Source: Octopus sinensis
Taxonomy: Eukaryota
Assembly: GCF_006345805.1 (NCBI RefSeq)
Contig: NC_043002.1
Span: 60,884,001-60,948,000, forward strand
DNA length: 64,000 bases
Reading direction: 5' to 3'
Below are positions 1-12,929 of this stretch, one piece after another. Below the pieces are notes generated by a model. The model worked only from the letters and a program-made list of their open reading frames with translations. It was not told the origin of the DNA and did no database searches. Position 1 is the first letter of the stretch. Each line of letters opens with the position of its first letter. Both the position numbers and the translations under genes were made by a program.

Positions 1-217
1 TATCCAATGACTGGCTTTCTCAACTATCGCCTGGATCTCTTTGAAGCAGGCATTTGCTTGCCGATGATGGAAACGAATTGATAGCAGTCACCGTCTCAGT
101 CTGGTCTCAATAAAACACCTTCAACCAAATTCTACAGGAAAATTAACTCTATTCCAACCAGTATCTATACAGCCTTCTGGTAGCATCTGATAACACACAT
201 ATTTCTTATCTAAGTTG

Positions 218-248
<31 letters not shown>

Positions 249-279
249 CAAAATAAGCAACAAGGATATCAAGAGGTAA

Positions 280-371
280 TGCAGTACGATTGTTTCATGT
301 GACTCCTTTTAATTGAACAATGCAATCATTTCATTACATCAATTTAAAAAGTAGAGCAATCTTCAGCTGCA
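280..371 (-). ncRNA. Hammerhead ribozyme motif with long stem II in PLE 3' pLTR
   Basis: Minus strand reads TGCAG CTGAAGA [~63-nt imperfect hairpin] GAAA C AATC GTA CTGCA: 5-bp stem I, canonical CUGANGA/GAAA core, GUA cleavage triplet. The base of stem II is mismatched. Confidence 0.55.
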
Positions 372-486
372 CAAATACATAGAATTTAATTAAATTAGGA
401 CACATATGAATAATTTTACCCAAAATCTCCAAGAGGATAAGGAGATAGACAAAGAAGATGTTTTACCAACAACATTATAGTTGTAA

Positions 487-535
<49 letters not shown>

Positions 536-599
536 TATATATATATGAAAAAACAAGTCAAAAATAGAAAATGCTAAGATGATTTTATAGTGAATCTTT

Positions 600-637
600 C
601 AGTACCGGTTTCGGTCATTTTGAGACCTTTTCAACTG
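600..637 (-). ncRNA. Minimal hammerhead ribozyme motif (U3:A8 core) in PLE 3' pLTR
   Basis: Minus strand reads CAG TTGAAAA GGTC TCAAAAT GACC GAAA C CG GTA CTG: 3-bp stem I, 4-bp stem II, palindromic stem III (ACCGGT), GUA triplet. Confidence 0.65.
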
Positions 638-3600
638 TAACGATTAAATAATTAAATTTAGAAAAATTTAGAAAAATTAGAAGAAAGGTTTTTTTAAAGG
701 AATACTTCCATAGTAGTGTTCAGATATAGGTGGCATTCTGCCTTTCTCTGACTCCCTTGTTTGCACTTGTGTATTCGAGGTCGTTGTGAGTTCTTGAGGG
801 GGTGGGAGTGGGAAAATCTGGGCTGGTCAGTGGCGACCGGCAGTCGCTGCGTAGGCGTTATACTTAAAGACATTAGTGACAAGGTTAAGGGGTAGAAGGT
901 GGAGAAGTAGAAGAAGAAGATGACGGTGCCGATGATGATGACGATGAAGAAGAAGGAGAAGGAGAAGATGACGATGATGATGGTGGTGATGACGATGACG
1001 ACGATAATGATGATAATGATGATGATGAAGAAGAAGAAGAGGAAGAAGAAGAAAAAAAAAAGAGAAGGGAGAATATGAATGGGTGAAGATATAGCTGTGA
1101 TGGGGCGATTAGTAATGGATTCTATGGAATGTAATATTGTGTGTGTATATATATTTCTTTTATTCTTAAGTTGAGGTATATTAATTGTTTGTCGTAGACC
1201 CGTTAAGAAGTGGCCTGTATTTTATAATAAGAGATTTTCTTTACTTATTCGTTGTCTCGAGGTTGTATCGTCCCTAAATTGGTAGAGGGGGAAAATTCTG
1301 AAGTTTGGTGTTTTTTTTTGTTGGCGCAAGTATCTATGTGTTGGCTAAAAGCTATTTTTCTGTTTTGGGGAATTTTTATCTGGGATCTGTGCAGGGCCAT
1401 TAGTTTACGCAAACCATTTTTTGTTTGGCCTATGTACTGCTCTTGACACCGGAGCAGGTTAGTGAGTATATTAGGTTCTCCGAAGCACATGTGAAGTTGC
1501 TTTTCACTGTAAACCGTTGTCCCTGTTTGAAGGAGAACTCAGAACCCTCGATTAGATAGTCGCATATCCCGCAATTGGGTCTTCCACATTTTTTTACTGT
1601 CGGCTTCTGTGTTGAAGAGTGAATTCGGGCTTGTGTTAGGAGACTTTTCATGGATCTAGGCTGTCTTTTGCTTTTTATGATCGTGTGTGTTTGGAGGATT
1701 GTGTTCATTCTGTGGTCTTTTTTTAGGAGGGGTATGTTGTGGAGGATGGTGCCGAAGGCTTCGTTATTGAGAGGGTTGTGTGTGGAGATGTATGGTAAGG
1801 CTTTTGGTTGTAAGTTTTTCTTTGATTTGGGATGTCTCAGTTCCTTGATGTTAAGTTGAAGGGCACGTTGAATGCACTTGTCAATAAGTAAAGGTGGATA
1901 GTTCCTGGTGATAAGGGTATCTTTTAGTTCTTGTAGTCGTGTGTCTCTGGTGTTTGCGTTAGAGACTATAGTGCATATCCTTTTTGCTAGATTGAAGGGG
2001 ATATTCATCCTGGTGTGTCTGGGGTGGCATGAATTGACTGGAAGATATTGCTTAGAGTCTGTAGGCTTATAGTATATGTCTGTTTCCATTATATTATTAG
2101 CTTTCTTAATGAGGATATCGAGGAAGGGAAGTTGTTGCTGGCTATATTCCATATGTTTACGTCCAGCCCGTTTAAAATTTCCTGGAATTCTATGAGTTTT
2201 TCTATATTTTTATGCCAAAGAATGAAACAGTCATCTAGATATCTTTCCAGTTGTTTTCTATGTAGATGGAGAAAGGGCTGCCATATCTTTCTAGAACCTT
2301 ACGATACAGACTGATCTCTAGGTATCCTATGACTAGGTTGGCAAAGGAGGGGGCCATTCGTGTACCCATCGCAGTCCCCGATTTTTGTCGGTAGAAGTTG
2401 TCATTGAAGGCGAAGAAGTTATTTTCCAGGATGAATTTAACCCCTTCTATCACGAATTCTTTTTTGATGCGGTGTGGTAGTTCGTTGGCGTGATTCTCTA
2501 GCCAGAATTGGATTGCCTCTAGTCCTAGGTTGTGGGGGATATTGGAGTAGAGGTTGACTACATCGAAGGATACCAGTATGGTGTTTTGGTTTATAGTATT
2601 CGGTAGGTGATTGAGCATATCTAAGTCGTCCTTATATAGCTTTTGACATGTTTGAGGAGTGGTTTTAACAGGGTGTCTAAAAAGTTACTGAGACGGTGGG
2701 TTTCGCATGCGGGACCTGCTATTATGGGTCTCAATTTGAGGTCATTAGGATTAGGGACTTTAATTATTTTGTCTGTGGCTATCTTGCATGCGTTGCTTAT
2801 TTTTTCACTTTTGTGGATCTTAGGTATACCGTAGAATTGGCTAGTTTTACTTGTGAAATTGGTCATATAATCATATTCTTTGTCGGTGAGCCCTGCTTTC
2901 TATGGGTTAAATATGGATTTTAGTTCCCTCATTATTTTTTGTTGACTGTAGTTTTGTGCCTTTTCATAGTATGTTGTGTCTTCCAGCATAGAAAGAACCA
3001 AAGTTATGTAAAACGTCGTATCCATTAAGACAACAGCACTCCCTTTATCGGCCTCTTTGATTGTAATTGTTTTATCTTGTTTTAATTTGTTCAACTCAGC
3101 CCATTCTTTTTTGCTGAAGTTTGGTTTGTGTTTTTGTTTGTGCATATGTTGATATGGGTAATTAGATATGTGGTCACAGAAATCATCAAGTGTTTTGTTC
3201 TTACCTTTCGAGGGGGTGTAGTTACTCCTATTTCTGGCTAACGATTCGTCCTCGTTGTATTTATCGTATAGCTCCTCAGTAAGTCTTAATTTTCTGCAGA
3301 ATTCTGCGATGTCTTCTTTCATTTCGTTGTAGTTGGGGTATTGTGGGGTGGGTGTAAACTTGAGTCCTTTGGAAAGTATGTTTATTTGGTTTGCTGTTAG
3401 TTCCTTGTGAGTTAGATTGATAATTTTTATTACTTTTGGTTCCTCCTGCTTGTTTGGTGCTATCTTGTGTCTCTGTGTTTGCGTATTGGGTCTAAAAAAT
3501 CAATGCGGTGGTTGGGACGGTAGCTGTTATATAGTTGTTCTTTGTTGATGTGGGGTCTCCTGTTGTGATTTATGGTGTGTGTTCTTGGAGGAGTATTGAG

Positions 3601-4044
3601 GAGAGCATCCCGATATCCCATATTCGGGTGTGGTGTTCTAGGAGGCCTTCGTTGGTAATCATTGTAAGTGGTGTGGGTTTGTTGTGCATGGTTGTTTAAC
3701 CGGTTGATGGGACGGAGATTTCGTTGGTAACTCTTTTGGGTGGGGATAAGGTTGCAGTGTCTATGCTGTGGGTGTTGATTTATCCATTCTCTGCTTGAAG
3801 TGGGGGTATTCCTGATATTGTAACGCTGGTTGCTTACAGAGTTAGGTCCTGTATTCTTTTTTTGAAAGTAGTGAAGGTTCCGATTTTTAGACAGGTGTGT
3901 ATCGGTGTTTGGGTGTTGTTTTGGTTTTCTTATTTTCTGGAAAGGGTTGTTGGAGGCGTGCTCTGTTTGAAAGACGGCTTCATAGTCTGAGAACCAAATG
4001 GCGCTTTTCTCCCAGCGTTGGAGAGATTTTAGTTCTTCTTCTTC

Positions 4045-4075
<31 letters not shown>

Positions 4076-4142
4076 TTATATTTATATTATATATATATAT
4101 ATTTATATTTATATATATATTTATATTTATATTTATGTATAT

Positions 4143-4218
<76 letters not shown>

Positions 4219-4232
4219 GTATATATATATAT

Positions 4233-4292
<60 letters not shown>
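4045..4292. repeat. (TA)n microsatellite interrupting the PLE 5' coding region
   Basis: About 245 bp of imperfect TA repeat between TTCTTCTTC and TGTCTTCAAATGG. Confidence 0.9.
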
Positions 4293-4296
<4 letters not shown>

Positions 4297-5079
4297 CTTC
4301 AAATGGAACATATACTTCAGCACTGGGTATTATCTTACGTTCCTTTCTGGTTTCTTTCTTCTTGGTATCGGAAAGAAGTGTTCACATCCTATATAATCTC
4401 TTCATGTTATTTTGTGCTTGTGTTTGCATTTGTGCACGTGCGTGTGTGTGGTGTGTGTATGTGTAGGTGGTGGGTTGTGCGTAGTTCATGCTTCTGCGAG
4501 TGTTTGTGGGAGCGACAGTGTATATGGCGATAAAGTTAAGCTTTTCCATTAGCTCTAGCTATAAATCAGCAACGTTGACTGTTATTTCATAGATGCTCCT
4601 ATTCCTGAGAAGTAATTGATATATCTTCAAAAACAATAAAGAAATTGTTTTTGTTCTTCGTCTACTCTGCAGTCTTCCACAGTGAAATACAATATTTCCA
4701 GATTACAAATTATTAGCAAAGAAAAGTCTGCGGAACCGTTCCTCTTGCCATAAATTTCGTTCAAATCACAGACTATCTCTTTAAGAAAGACGGGAAAATC
4801 ATGTCTGGAACACATTTTACACAGATTTCCAGTCAGTCCTGGTCTGGGGTTAAGAAACCAAAACAGCAATGAATTTGAGCGGCAAATATTCATTACAGAG
4901 GCAAGACATTTTCGATTATCGCGTCAGAAAATTCAGTTTGTTATGAAGACATTTTCGCTCGTGTAAGCTGCTTGGTCGTGCGTCTGTAAAAGACACAGTC
5001 GTTACTTAGTCTCATAGCATTCCCCGCTCCCAATTAGGTATTATGAATTCTTTCAATTATTTCATAAGCAGAGCAAAAT

Positions 5080-5760
5080 TCGTGAGCTGGCAGAAGAGTT
5101 AGGTTGCCGGAAAAATGACTTGTAATATTTCTTTCGGCACTTTACTCAGGTTCAAATCCCTCTGAGACCAACTTTGCGTACATTTATCCGAAGTAGATAA
5201 AATAAAATACCAGTCAAGTATTAGCGGTGATGGTATGTGTTAATCCTCTTCTCCTCATAATTACTCATCTTGTATTAAGTTCAGGATCCATTATTATCTT
5301 GGGTAATAGTTTAGCAGAAGCGTTGGAGCATCGGAAAAACATTCAGTATTTGTAACGACTTATAACGTTCTCAGTTCTAATTTCGCCGGGTGGATAAAAT
5401 AGTCGATCCAATAGCGTACCACTTAAGTCCTCAGGTCAACGGTATCGTGTAACATCCTCCCCACAATATTGCTGGCCCTGGGCCTCAGTCTGAAGCCAAT
5501 ATTACGCATGGCAGGGAATAAGAAGAGGCGTTGGAGCATCAGAAAAGTGCTTTATGGTAGTTGTTCCGATTGCTATGAGTTCTTATTGCTATGAGTTTAT
5601 GCTATGAGTTCTGATGCTAATGAGATTATCTTCCCTTTTAATCCCTTCAGAGTCGATAAAACAACCTGACAGCGTATTAATAGGTTTTATGCAATAAATT
5701 ATCCCCTTCCGTTAAATGTATTACCCTTGTACATAAATTAAATGTAATTATTGTCCGGAT
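5080..5760 (+). mobile_element. Old tRNA-derived SINE (family C), about three degenerate tandem copies
   Basis: GAGCTGGCAGAA..GTTAG heads and GGTTCAAATCC B-box, similar to the better-preserved copies at 43960-44550. Confidence 0.55.
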
Positions 5761-8188
5761 AAGGATTATCACTGCTGCATATGTGAGCTTATCTGATGTA
5801 AGAGCATGCATAATTTAGTTACTTTCCTATTCACTGACTTGTTATCCCTCCGGAATTGGTTTTGCCTTTCTTCAATAAATCTATAACAGTGAGATGCAAA
5901 CCAACAAAAGATCCACTGTAAGGTCCCTCAATTCGCTAGAAATACCAAATAAATCATCCTCAAATTCTTCTTTACCTCTTTAACGACGGAATGAAATATC
6001 GGATGTTTTACACTACGCTTTAATCAAAAATGTAGTTGTGATGGTTAAGAGCCTTCGATCGTTGATCTTCTCATGGTGGAAAATACTGCACTTAAACAAC
6101 AACAATATCATGATTTTCATAGACGGGGCCAAAAGATGTGATTCTAGTCTCTTTCTCAAGATACATGAATCTTGTACCATTGTGATGCTTCTTCATCAAT
6201 GTTTCAAGTTATACCGTATTTTCCAGTTTATACGAGACACTTTGATTGGTATGTTCTATTACAGACTCATACGCTCGGTATCTCATTTCTAATACAGTCG
6301 CAAGGCAACTTTTAGTAACATTTAAGAATAAAAAGAAGTATGCCTAATACACTGACTTATAAGATGCTTATAAGATTTTCTTCTGCTGTTTATAGTCTCA
6401 TCAGTTATCGCTCTCTTTATTTATTTATACACCATTTCTCTGAGGTGATTACAGTTAACAAAAAGAGCACACATAACGTCAATAATATCGAAACTGATAA
6501 AGAGATTCAATCAATATTTATATTTTCAATCATGTATTCGCTAATCTACCAACTGCTAGCACTTTGATTTTCGTTCTTAGATCTCACGATTTCTTCACAT
6601 CGAAACTAAAGATGTGTGTAATATATTATGAATGTATTATTTAATACGTTAGTATGTAATGAATGCGTATGGAGTGTTTTATAGAATATTACTCCTCTTG
6701 TTCTCTATAACGTTAACGTAAGCATCTAGATGATAATAGCCTTCTAAATGTTATCACTGTTTTATTTGAAATATGTTATGAGGACATACAACAGCTTTAA
6801 TGAAAGTCAAAAGGAACATATTCATTCCTATCCATTCTTACCGCTTTGCGGCAGTTTTGGAGGTGAATATGCTATTCCCTGTTGTATTTTGCCTCTTGAG
6901 AACACTTCCCTTTCAACGATGTGTGTTGATGACTCATATGATTCAGTAACGTAGAGTAAATTGAGACACCAATGTTTCGAAATGATTATGCCTCTTCATT
7001 GAAAGATACACCGTGGATCTCTGAATTTTAAAAAATATAGTGATCTGTATTGATTATAGAATCTGAGTAAGAAATTATTTGTTGATATTAAGTTATTGTG
7101 TGTATGAAAAAACATCGGGAATCAAAACAGCGAAAGTAAAAATTTATCATTTCATTCTTAATACGTCCCGGAAGATTTGAATCTGAGTATGGTATTTGCA
7201 GATGTATTTCGCCTTCGGAGAACAACTTCCTTTACACGATGAAACCAAACAACATGCAAGATACACTGACATATGGGAGACTTTTAGGCACTGGTGTTTC
7301 AACATGCCTCTTCAGTCAAAGCTAACTTCTGCATTTCTGAATCTAAAAATTATAGGCATTCTTGATTACAGAATTCAGTAAATAAATTATATGCAGATGC
7401 GTATCCGTCAAACTGTTAACATTTGCACGCAAAATAGAAACAATCAACATAGTGATGTGGCTATTCAATCTAAACTGGTTCGGATAGATTCGAACGTGAA
7501 TTAGCAAACTGCTGTTGTATTACGACATTGGAGAACAGCGTCTTCCTTTAGACGGTATACGCAGACGACGCACATAATTCAGTGACACATGGAAATCGAG
7601 ACACTAATGTTTTCACAAGACTGAATCTCCGTACGGTCAAATCTGCCATAACGTGTTAACAATAAGTAGATGAGTCATTATTTGTATTTTCACTGTTTTC
7701 CATGCTTAAAAGAATATATTATCAGCTTGGCCGACATTATCACGCATCAGTGATTAATTCCATCGCAACATACTAACCTTTTATCCTGCAGTAGATGATT
7801 TTTCTCTTTACTTCAGCGATGAATGAACAATAGCCACAGACGATAAATCTATAATAATCATTTCCCGTATTATAAAAACTTTGATATTTACTTTGTAGTA
7901 TAAATAAGTAGCAAATCTTCACGGTTTCATTATGTTACAAATTTCGATTACAAATGCGATTCCGATTTACGAATAACCTACTTAAAGCGTTGGATACAAT
8001 TTGTTTCATTAAATTAAGACTCACTATTTCTGTTTACTCTACAATGATGTTCTGTATTTATGGATGTCTAGAGCGTAACGTTCAAATACATATGATGGTA
8101 TATAGGGACAAACAAAATATATACATGTATGCACAATTCAACAGAGACATAAACACACAGTCAGGCGCGCGCGCACACACATACACAA

Positions 8189-8232
<44 letters not shown>

Positions 8233-8519
8233 CCGCAGGAGTAGTTGTGTTGTAAGTAGCTTGCTTACTTCCGGTTACCCAGAATGCAACACTAGTTCGT
8301 CTGGACTGTTTCAGTGAGAAGACGTGAGTTTTGGCTCCGTGAATAGAAAAAAGAACAAAAAGAAAAATTGTTAATTATGGCGCGCTATATTGGTATTTTG
8401 AATGATTTTCTTGACCCATATGATCGTAGACGGTTGATTTCTATAATTATTGTCAGTGTTATTATTTTTTTTTTGCGGTTTAAGGAATGAATTTGGACTG
8501 CTATTTCCAGGAGGTAGAC

Positions 8520-8800
8520 ATAATCGGGCCGACCAAAACCTTGTGAGTGGATTTGGCAAGCGGAAACTGAAAGAAGCCCGTCGCGTATATGTGTGTGTGT
8601 GTGTGTGTGTGTGTCTGTGTTTGTCCCCACACCATCACTTGACAACCGATATTGCTGTGTTTACGTCCCCACAACTTAACGGTTCGGTAAAAGAGAACGA
8701 TAAAATAAGTACTAGGCTTACAAAGAATAAGTCCTGGGGTCGATTTCTTCGACTAAAGGCCGTGCTCCAGCATGGCCGCAGTCAAATGGCTGAAACAAAA
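8520..8800 (+). mobile_element. tRNA-derived SINE family A (core + internal microsatellite + 3' tail)
   Basis: CGGGCCGACCAAAACCTTGTGAGTGGATTTGG..GAAAGAAGCCCGTC, then (TG)n, then tail ..GCTCCAGCATGGCCGCAGTCAAATGGCTGAAAC shared with other copies. Confidence 0.8.
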
Positions 8801-8812
8801 TAATATTGTATC

Positions 8813-8867
<55 letters not shown>

Positions 8868-8929
8868 GCACACATACACATAGCTATCATATAACTTTGA
8901 GACTGAATGTTATACTAACCCCTGAACAG

Positions 8930-9330
8930 GACACCAATGCACAGTATCGAATATCCCAACTCCTCACCATCTCTTCCAGTACTGCGTCCACTAAGGACCC
9001 AGTACTGTAACTTGTTAGGGCACAAGAGCCCACAGCTTTACAATATCTTTGTAAAAAGCTTCAGAATTTTACGATGCAAAAACGCAGATGCATTCAAAAA
9101 ACATTTAGACAATTTTTTTATACATGTAAAAAATGAATCCGTATAACGGCCCGAAATACAAAGTAGGTCTGTCTTGTCCAACTCACAGCCTCAACAAAAC
9201 AAAACCGGAGAGGGAAAGACCGAGAAATAAGTTCGAAATATACTAACAATCATACTAAACATGATGCTCTAGCATGGCCACAGCTCTTCTTTGAAGCTAT
9301 CGAAAGTGAAAATTAAAAGTAATGCGATCG
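8930..9330 (+). mobile_element. 3' relic of a CR1/L2-group LINE
   Basis: ORF 8937-9146 ends ..SPQLYNIFVKSFR..DAFKKHLDNFF..V.NE, resembling the CR1-type C-terminus GP.LFN.LP...FK..LD.FL..PDEP; followed by a 3' UTR. Confidence 0.6.
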
Positions 9331-9967
9331 TGGAGATAATACACTTAATGAATTAGACAGAATGGTCACGGCATGAAAGCTTTCGACTCTCATTCTTCTT
9401 ATTCAGGGTCGAGGCCTCACTAAAAACCAGCAATAACAATAACAATAACAAATGATTAAGAAGTCAGACGTGAAACAAAGAAAATGTCTTTAGAATATCG
9501 AACAATTTCCATTTTCAATAAAATTTTCGTTCAGTTATATATTTCATACATAAATTATGTTATAAGAAGTTGTAAAATATATCTATCGTGACTGGGTTTC
9601 GGAGATGTTGTTGCTAGATTTTTTCTCCTCTTTCTTCGATACTATTACCAATATATTGGAAAGCTATTTTTTATTTCTTTTAATTTTTCTTTCAATATAT
9701 ATGATGTAATAACACTGACTGGTCGTAAAGTATAATATATACATACATGCATAAATACATACGTATTCATATGTATATATATGTTTGTGTGTGTGTCTAT
9801 CTATATATTCATATATGTGTGTGTGTGTAAGGATGTGTATGTGTGCATGCACACATATATGTAGGTATACCAAACTCTTACATAACTTTGCTTATCGTTG
9901 ACAGTCGGGTGAAATTGATTTACAATTATTGTCAACGGAAGATATTGCTTCAACTGAGAATTAACAA

Positions 9968-10040
<73 letters not shown>

Positions 10041-10118
10041 ATATATATATATAGATATATATATATAAATATATATATATAATAAATATACATGTATATA
10101 TACATATACTTATATATG

Positions 10119-10152
<34 letters not shown>

Positions 10153-10261
10153 AATATATATATAAATATATTTATATATGCATATATATATATATATACA
10201 TATATATAAATATATATATACATATTTATATATATAAATATATATATATATCATATACATA

Positions 10262-10321
<60 letters not shown>

Positions 10322-10327
<6 letters not shown>

Positions 10328-10570
10328 CGTATTTTTGCCATTTCAATATGGCTAACCCCTAAGGGTGGATGCTACTGTAGTTTTTAGCCCCAGGAGGACA
10401 CACTCCTCCAGCTGGCCATAGACACACTTTCTGTGTCCTGTCAGTATTTGCAAAGGGAAGTCATCCTTCCCGTCTTCAACTTATGATACACACGGACTCG
10501 AGTTTCGAGGTATTGACCTCTCGTCAGCGTGTGACAATCATAGTTGTCGCCGAGAATTAGATTTCCTTCA
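10322..10570 (-). mobile_element. Short, highly structured non-coding element carrying a hammerhead (retrozyme-like or pLTR-derived)
   Basis: GC-richer island beside (TA)n with several hairpins (GGAGGACACACTCCTCC, GACACACTTTCTGTGTC, GGGAAGTCATCCTTCCC, GACAATCATAGTTGTC) and a canonical HHR. Confidence 0.6.
10489..10533 (-). ncRNA. Canonical minimal type I hammerhead ribozyme
   Basis: Minus strand reads CACACG CTGACGA GAGG TCAATA CCTC GAAA CTCGAG TC CGTGTG: 6-bp stem I, intact CUGACGA/GAAA core, 4-bp stem II, palindromic stem III (ACTCGAGT), GUC triplet. Confidence 0.88.
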
Positions 10571-11659
10571 CAAATACTTATACTTTTTCCAGCGCCCACT
10601 GTCGCTGATATTGAAACACACATACAGACATGTGTGTTTGCATGTGTGTATAAAGTACTTAGTCTCCAGTTAAGGCAATATCTAACATTGAATATGAATA
10701 AATGTGTGTATAATGTGAATCTGTGAGTTGGGGAAAACCTGAGCGTACGTGCACGCATGCGTGTCTGTGAATACTAATGTTTACCAACTAGAAACAAAGT
10801 ACTCAATATATAAAAGCAGTTTAAAATTTATAAGAAATTTGACAATTGTTGAAGTTTAATTCTGAGTTTCGCAGTACCGATTATTTCAAACTACTAAAGT
10901 CAGAAAGCCGTCGAGCAATCTAGAAGTGAAACTTTACGGGAACAGAGTGAAATGTACATCACATATTGAGATTCCATTCACGGCTGAAAAACGCTAAAAA
11001 TGCGACAGTGCACGAAGGACATGATGTATTCTACTGTTCACATGCAAAAATATATGATATTCCACGCTGTTGGTTTCATGAAAGATATGTAAGCAACAAA
11101 TGCAAACTGCCGCTAATGATATTTTAGCTTTTAGACATACGCCAAAAATACACCACAGAAAGTTATCTCTCTACCTCACTCTCAAATACATTTGGTATTT
11201 ATATCAGAATTCTACCAATTATAAAATCTCTTCATCTATTACAGGTCGGGCGTCACACTGCAATAACTGTTAATTATGTGATCCTTGTTTTTCGAAGAAG
11301 TATAGCATGTTGCTATTTTTAACAACAGTTCAGAAATGGTGAATGCTTGCGGGCAATTCATTCGATATTTATTGAGATATTTCCAAATCTACGGAGGTTC
11401 GTAAAAAATTCATTTCCAAATATTATGTTTTCTGTAACTTCAACAATGGTCAAATGTTAACATAAAAATCAATTATTCCTCAAACATAAAAATCCATTTT
11501 CAGTAATTGCTTTCTTTATTTGTGTGAGGTCTTCATACATATATGGAAAAGAAACATGAATACTTCAAACTTTTACCTGTCAAAAGAATATCCCACGAGT
11601 TCCGGGCATGACACAAGGAAAGAACTATTCATATGTGTGCGTGTATATGTATATATATA

Positions 11660-11764
<105 letters not shown>

Positions 11765-11778
11765 CTATATATATATAC

Positions 11779-11869
<91 letters not shown>

Positions 11870-11870
<1 letters not shown>

Positions 11871-12178
11871 GCACATGAAGGCCTGCGACATCAATATTAA
11901 CAACTGGGAGGCAGTTGCCAGCAACCATGAAGATTGGCGACGTACCGTAAAAGAAGGAACACAAAGGAGTGACAGAGAGAAAGAGAGGGGAAAAATGGAA
12001 AGACAAGAAAAGACAGGCAAAGTCTTCGCAACATCTGCGGCATCTGCCAGAGGGAGTGTTTGTCCAGGATAGGACTACACAGTCACAGCAGAAGATGTAT
12101 TAGGACATGAAATGTAAAAGCCGGACAGGATTATTTTATACGAAACTCCTTTGTCTCCCGAGACAAAAAGGATGTCAT
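11870..12178 (+). mobile_element. RTE-clade LINE 3' fragment
   Basis: [28 protein letters not shown] matches the RTE C-terminus (KRDMK....WE.LA.DR..WR); 3' hairpin TTGTCTCCCGAGACAA. Confidence 0.75.
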
Positions 12179-12284
12179 ATATATATACATATATATGTGT
12201 GTGTGTGTGTGTGTGCATGCATATATATATACGTTATGTTCTTATGTAAGCATACGCTTGTATATATATATTTTTTTCTTTTAC

Positions 12285-12482
12285 TTGATTGAAGTCATGC
12301 TGGAGCACAACATTTTAGTCGAGAATGTCGATCCCTGGACTTACTCTTTGTAAGCTTGGTACTTATTCTATAGGTTTCTTATGTCGAACCTCTCAATTAC
12401 AGGGACGGGAACACACCAACATCGGTTGTCAAGTGATGAAAAGAGGACAAAAACAGATACAAAGACATACACATAGATATAT

Positions 12483-12523
<41 letters not shown>

Positions 12524-12660
12524 ACGGGCTTCTTTCGGTTTCCGTTTATCAAATCCCCTTACAGTCTATAGTGGGTGACACTTGCCCTTGGTGCTACGCA
12601 GTAGGACTGAACCCCGAAGCACGTGGTTGGGAAACAAACTTCTTACCACACACACACCTG
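12285..12660 (-). mobile_element. SINE family A
   Basis: Reverse complement of the head, core, (TA)n and tail seen at 23748-24265. Confidence 0.75.
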
Positions 12661-12886
12661 CACCTATATATATATATATATATATAATAGAAATATTAAA
12701 ATTACTATGTCTCTCTAAAGGAGATTACGGCAGCGTTACTGGAAATTAATAGTTATCGCCATACTTATATGGCAGTCTTATAAATATAAGACTAAAGCTG
12801 TCGCTGATTAGCTTCAAGAGGCCACCTGCGTCCATTATAAACCTTCGAACAGGGGAGGTCAGCCGCTTCATCCTGCCAGTCAGGCA

Positions 12887-12929
12887 GCTGAAGACATGTT
12901 TCAGGGTATTTGCCCTTTATCAATGCAGC
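12887..12929 (-). ncRNA. Minimal hammerhead (U3:A8), R1 copy 1 left arm
   Basis: GCTGCA TTGATAA AGGG CAAATA CCCT GAAA CAT GTC TTCAGC (one stem I mismatch). Confidence 0.75.

Larger units (their letters stand above)
241..4530 (-). mobile_element. Penelope-like element (PLE), degraded near-full-length: RT + GIY-YIG endonuclease, with 3' pLTR region
   Basis: Collinear minus-strand ORF pieces with PLE motifs: IKEADKGSAVVLMD (2900-3322), FYGIPKIHK...LRPII (2621-2866), SFDVVNLYSNIP...QKSGTAMGTRMAPSFANL (2235-2618), FLDILI...DIYYKPTD...HP and CxxxxCxxC/NLIYSLTC (1430-2152), QYIGQT..LRK (1245-1490, GIY-YIG). Broken by frameshifts; 5' boundary approximate. Confidence 0.92.

Noticed and set aside
890-1080. 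Acidic Asp/Glu-rich coding-looking stretch
   Set aside because: Mixed (GAT)n/(GAA)n simple repeat within the PLE 3' region; no supporting ORF.
4520-4536. 11-mer TTATCGCCATA shared between the PLE 5' end and the R1 terminus
   Set aside because: Too short, and in the opposite orientation relative to the ribozyme-sense strand; likely chance.
4627-4893. 88-aa minus-strand ORF with a plausible acceptor (TTTCTTAACCCCAG) as a host exon
   Set aside because: No recognisable domain, no clear donor site and no partner exons.
6961-7010. Hammerhead-like ATGAAGA..CGAAAC on the minus strand
   Set aside because: No convincing stem I, stem II or cleavage triplet.
7398-7563. Short inverted repeat (TGCGTATCCGTCAAA / TTTAGACGGTATACGCA) as a MITE
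   Set aside because: Only ~15 bp, imperfect, single copy and no target-site duplication seen.
9575-9645. Half-hammerhead on the minus strand (GA-GGAG..CTCC-GAAAC-CCA-GTC)
   Set aside because: The 5' core CUGA/UUGA is absent and stem I is not properly positioned.
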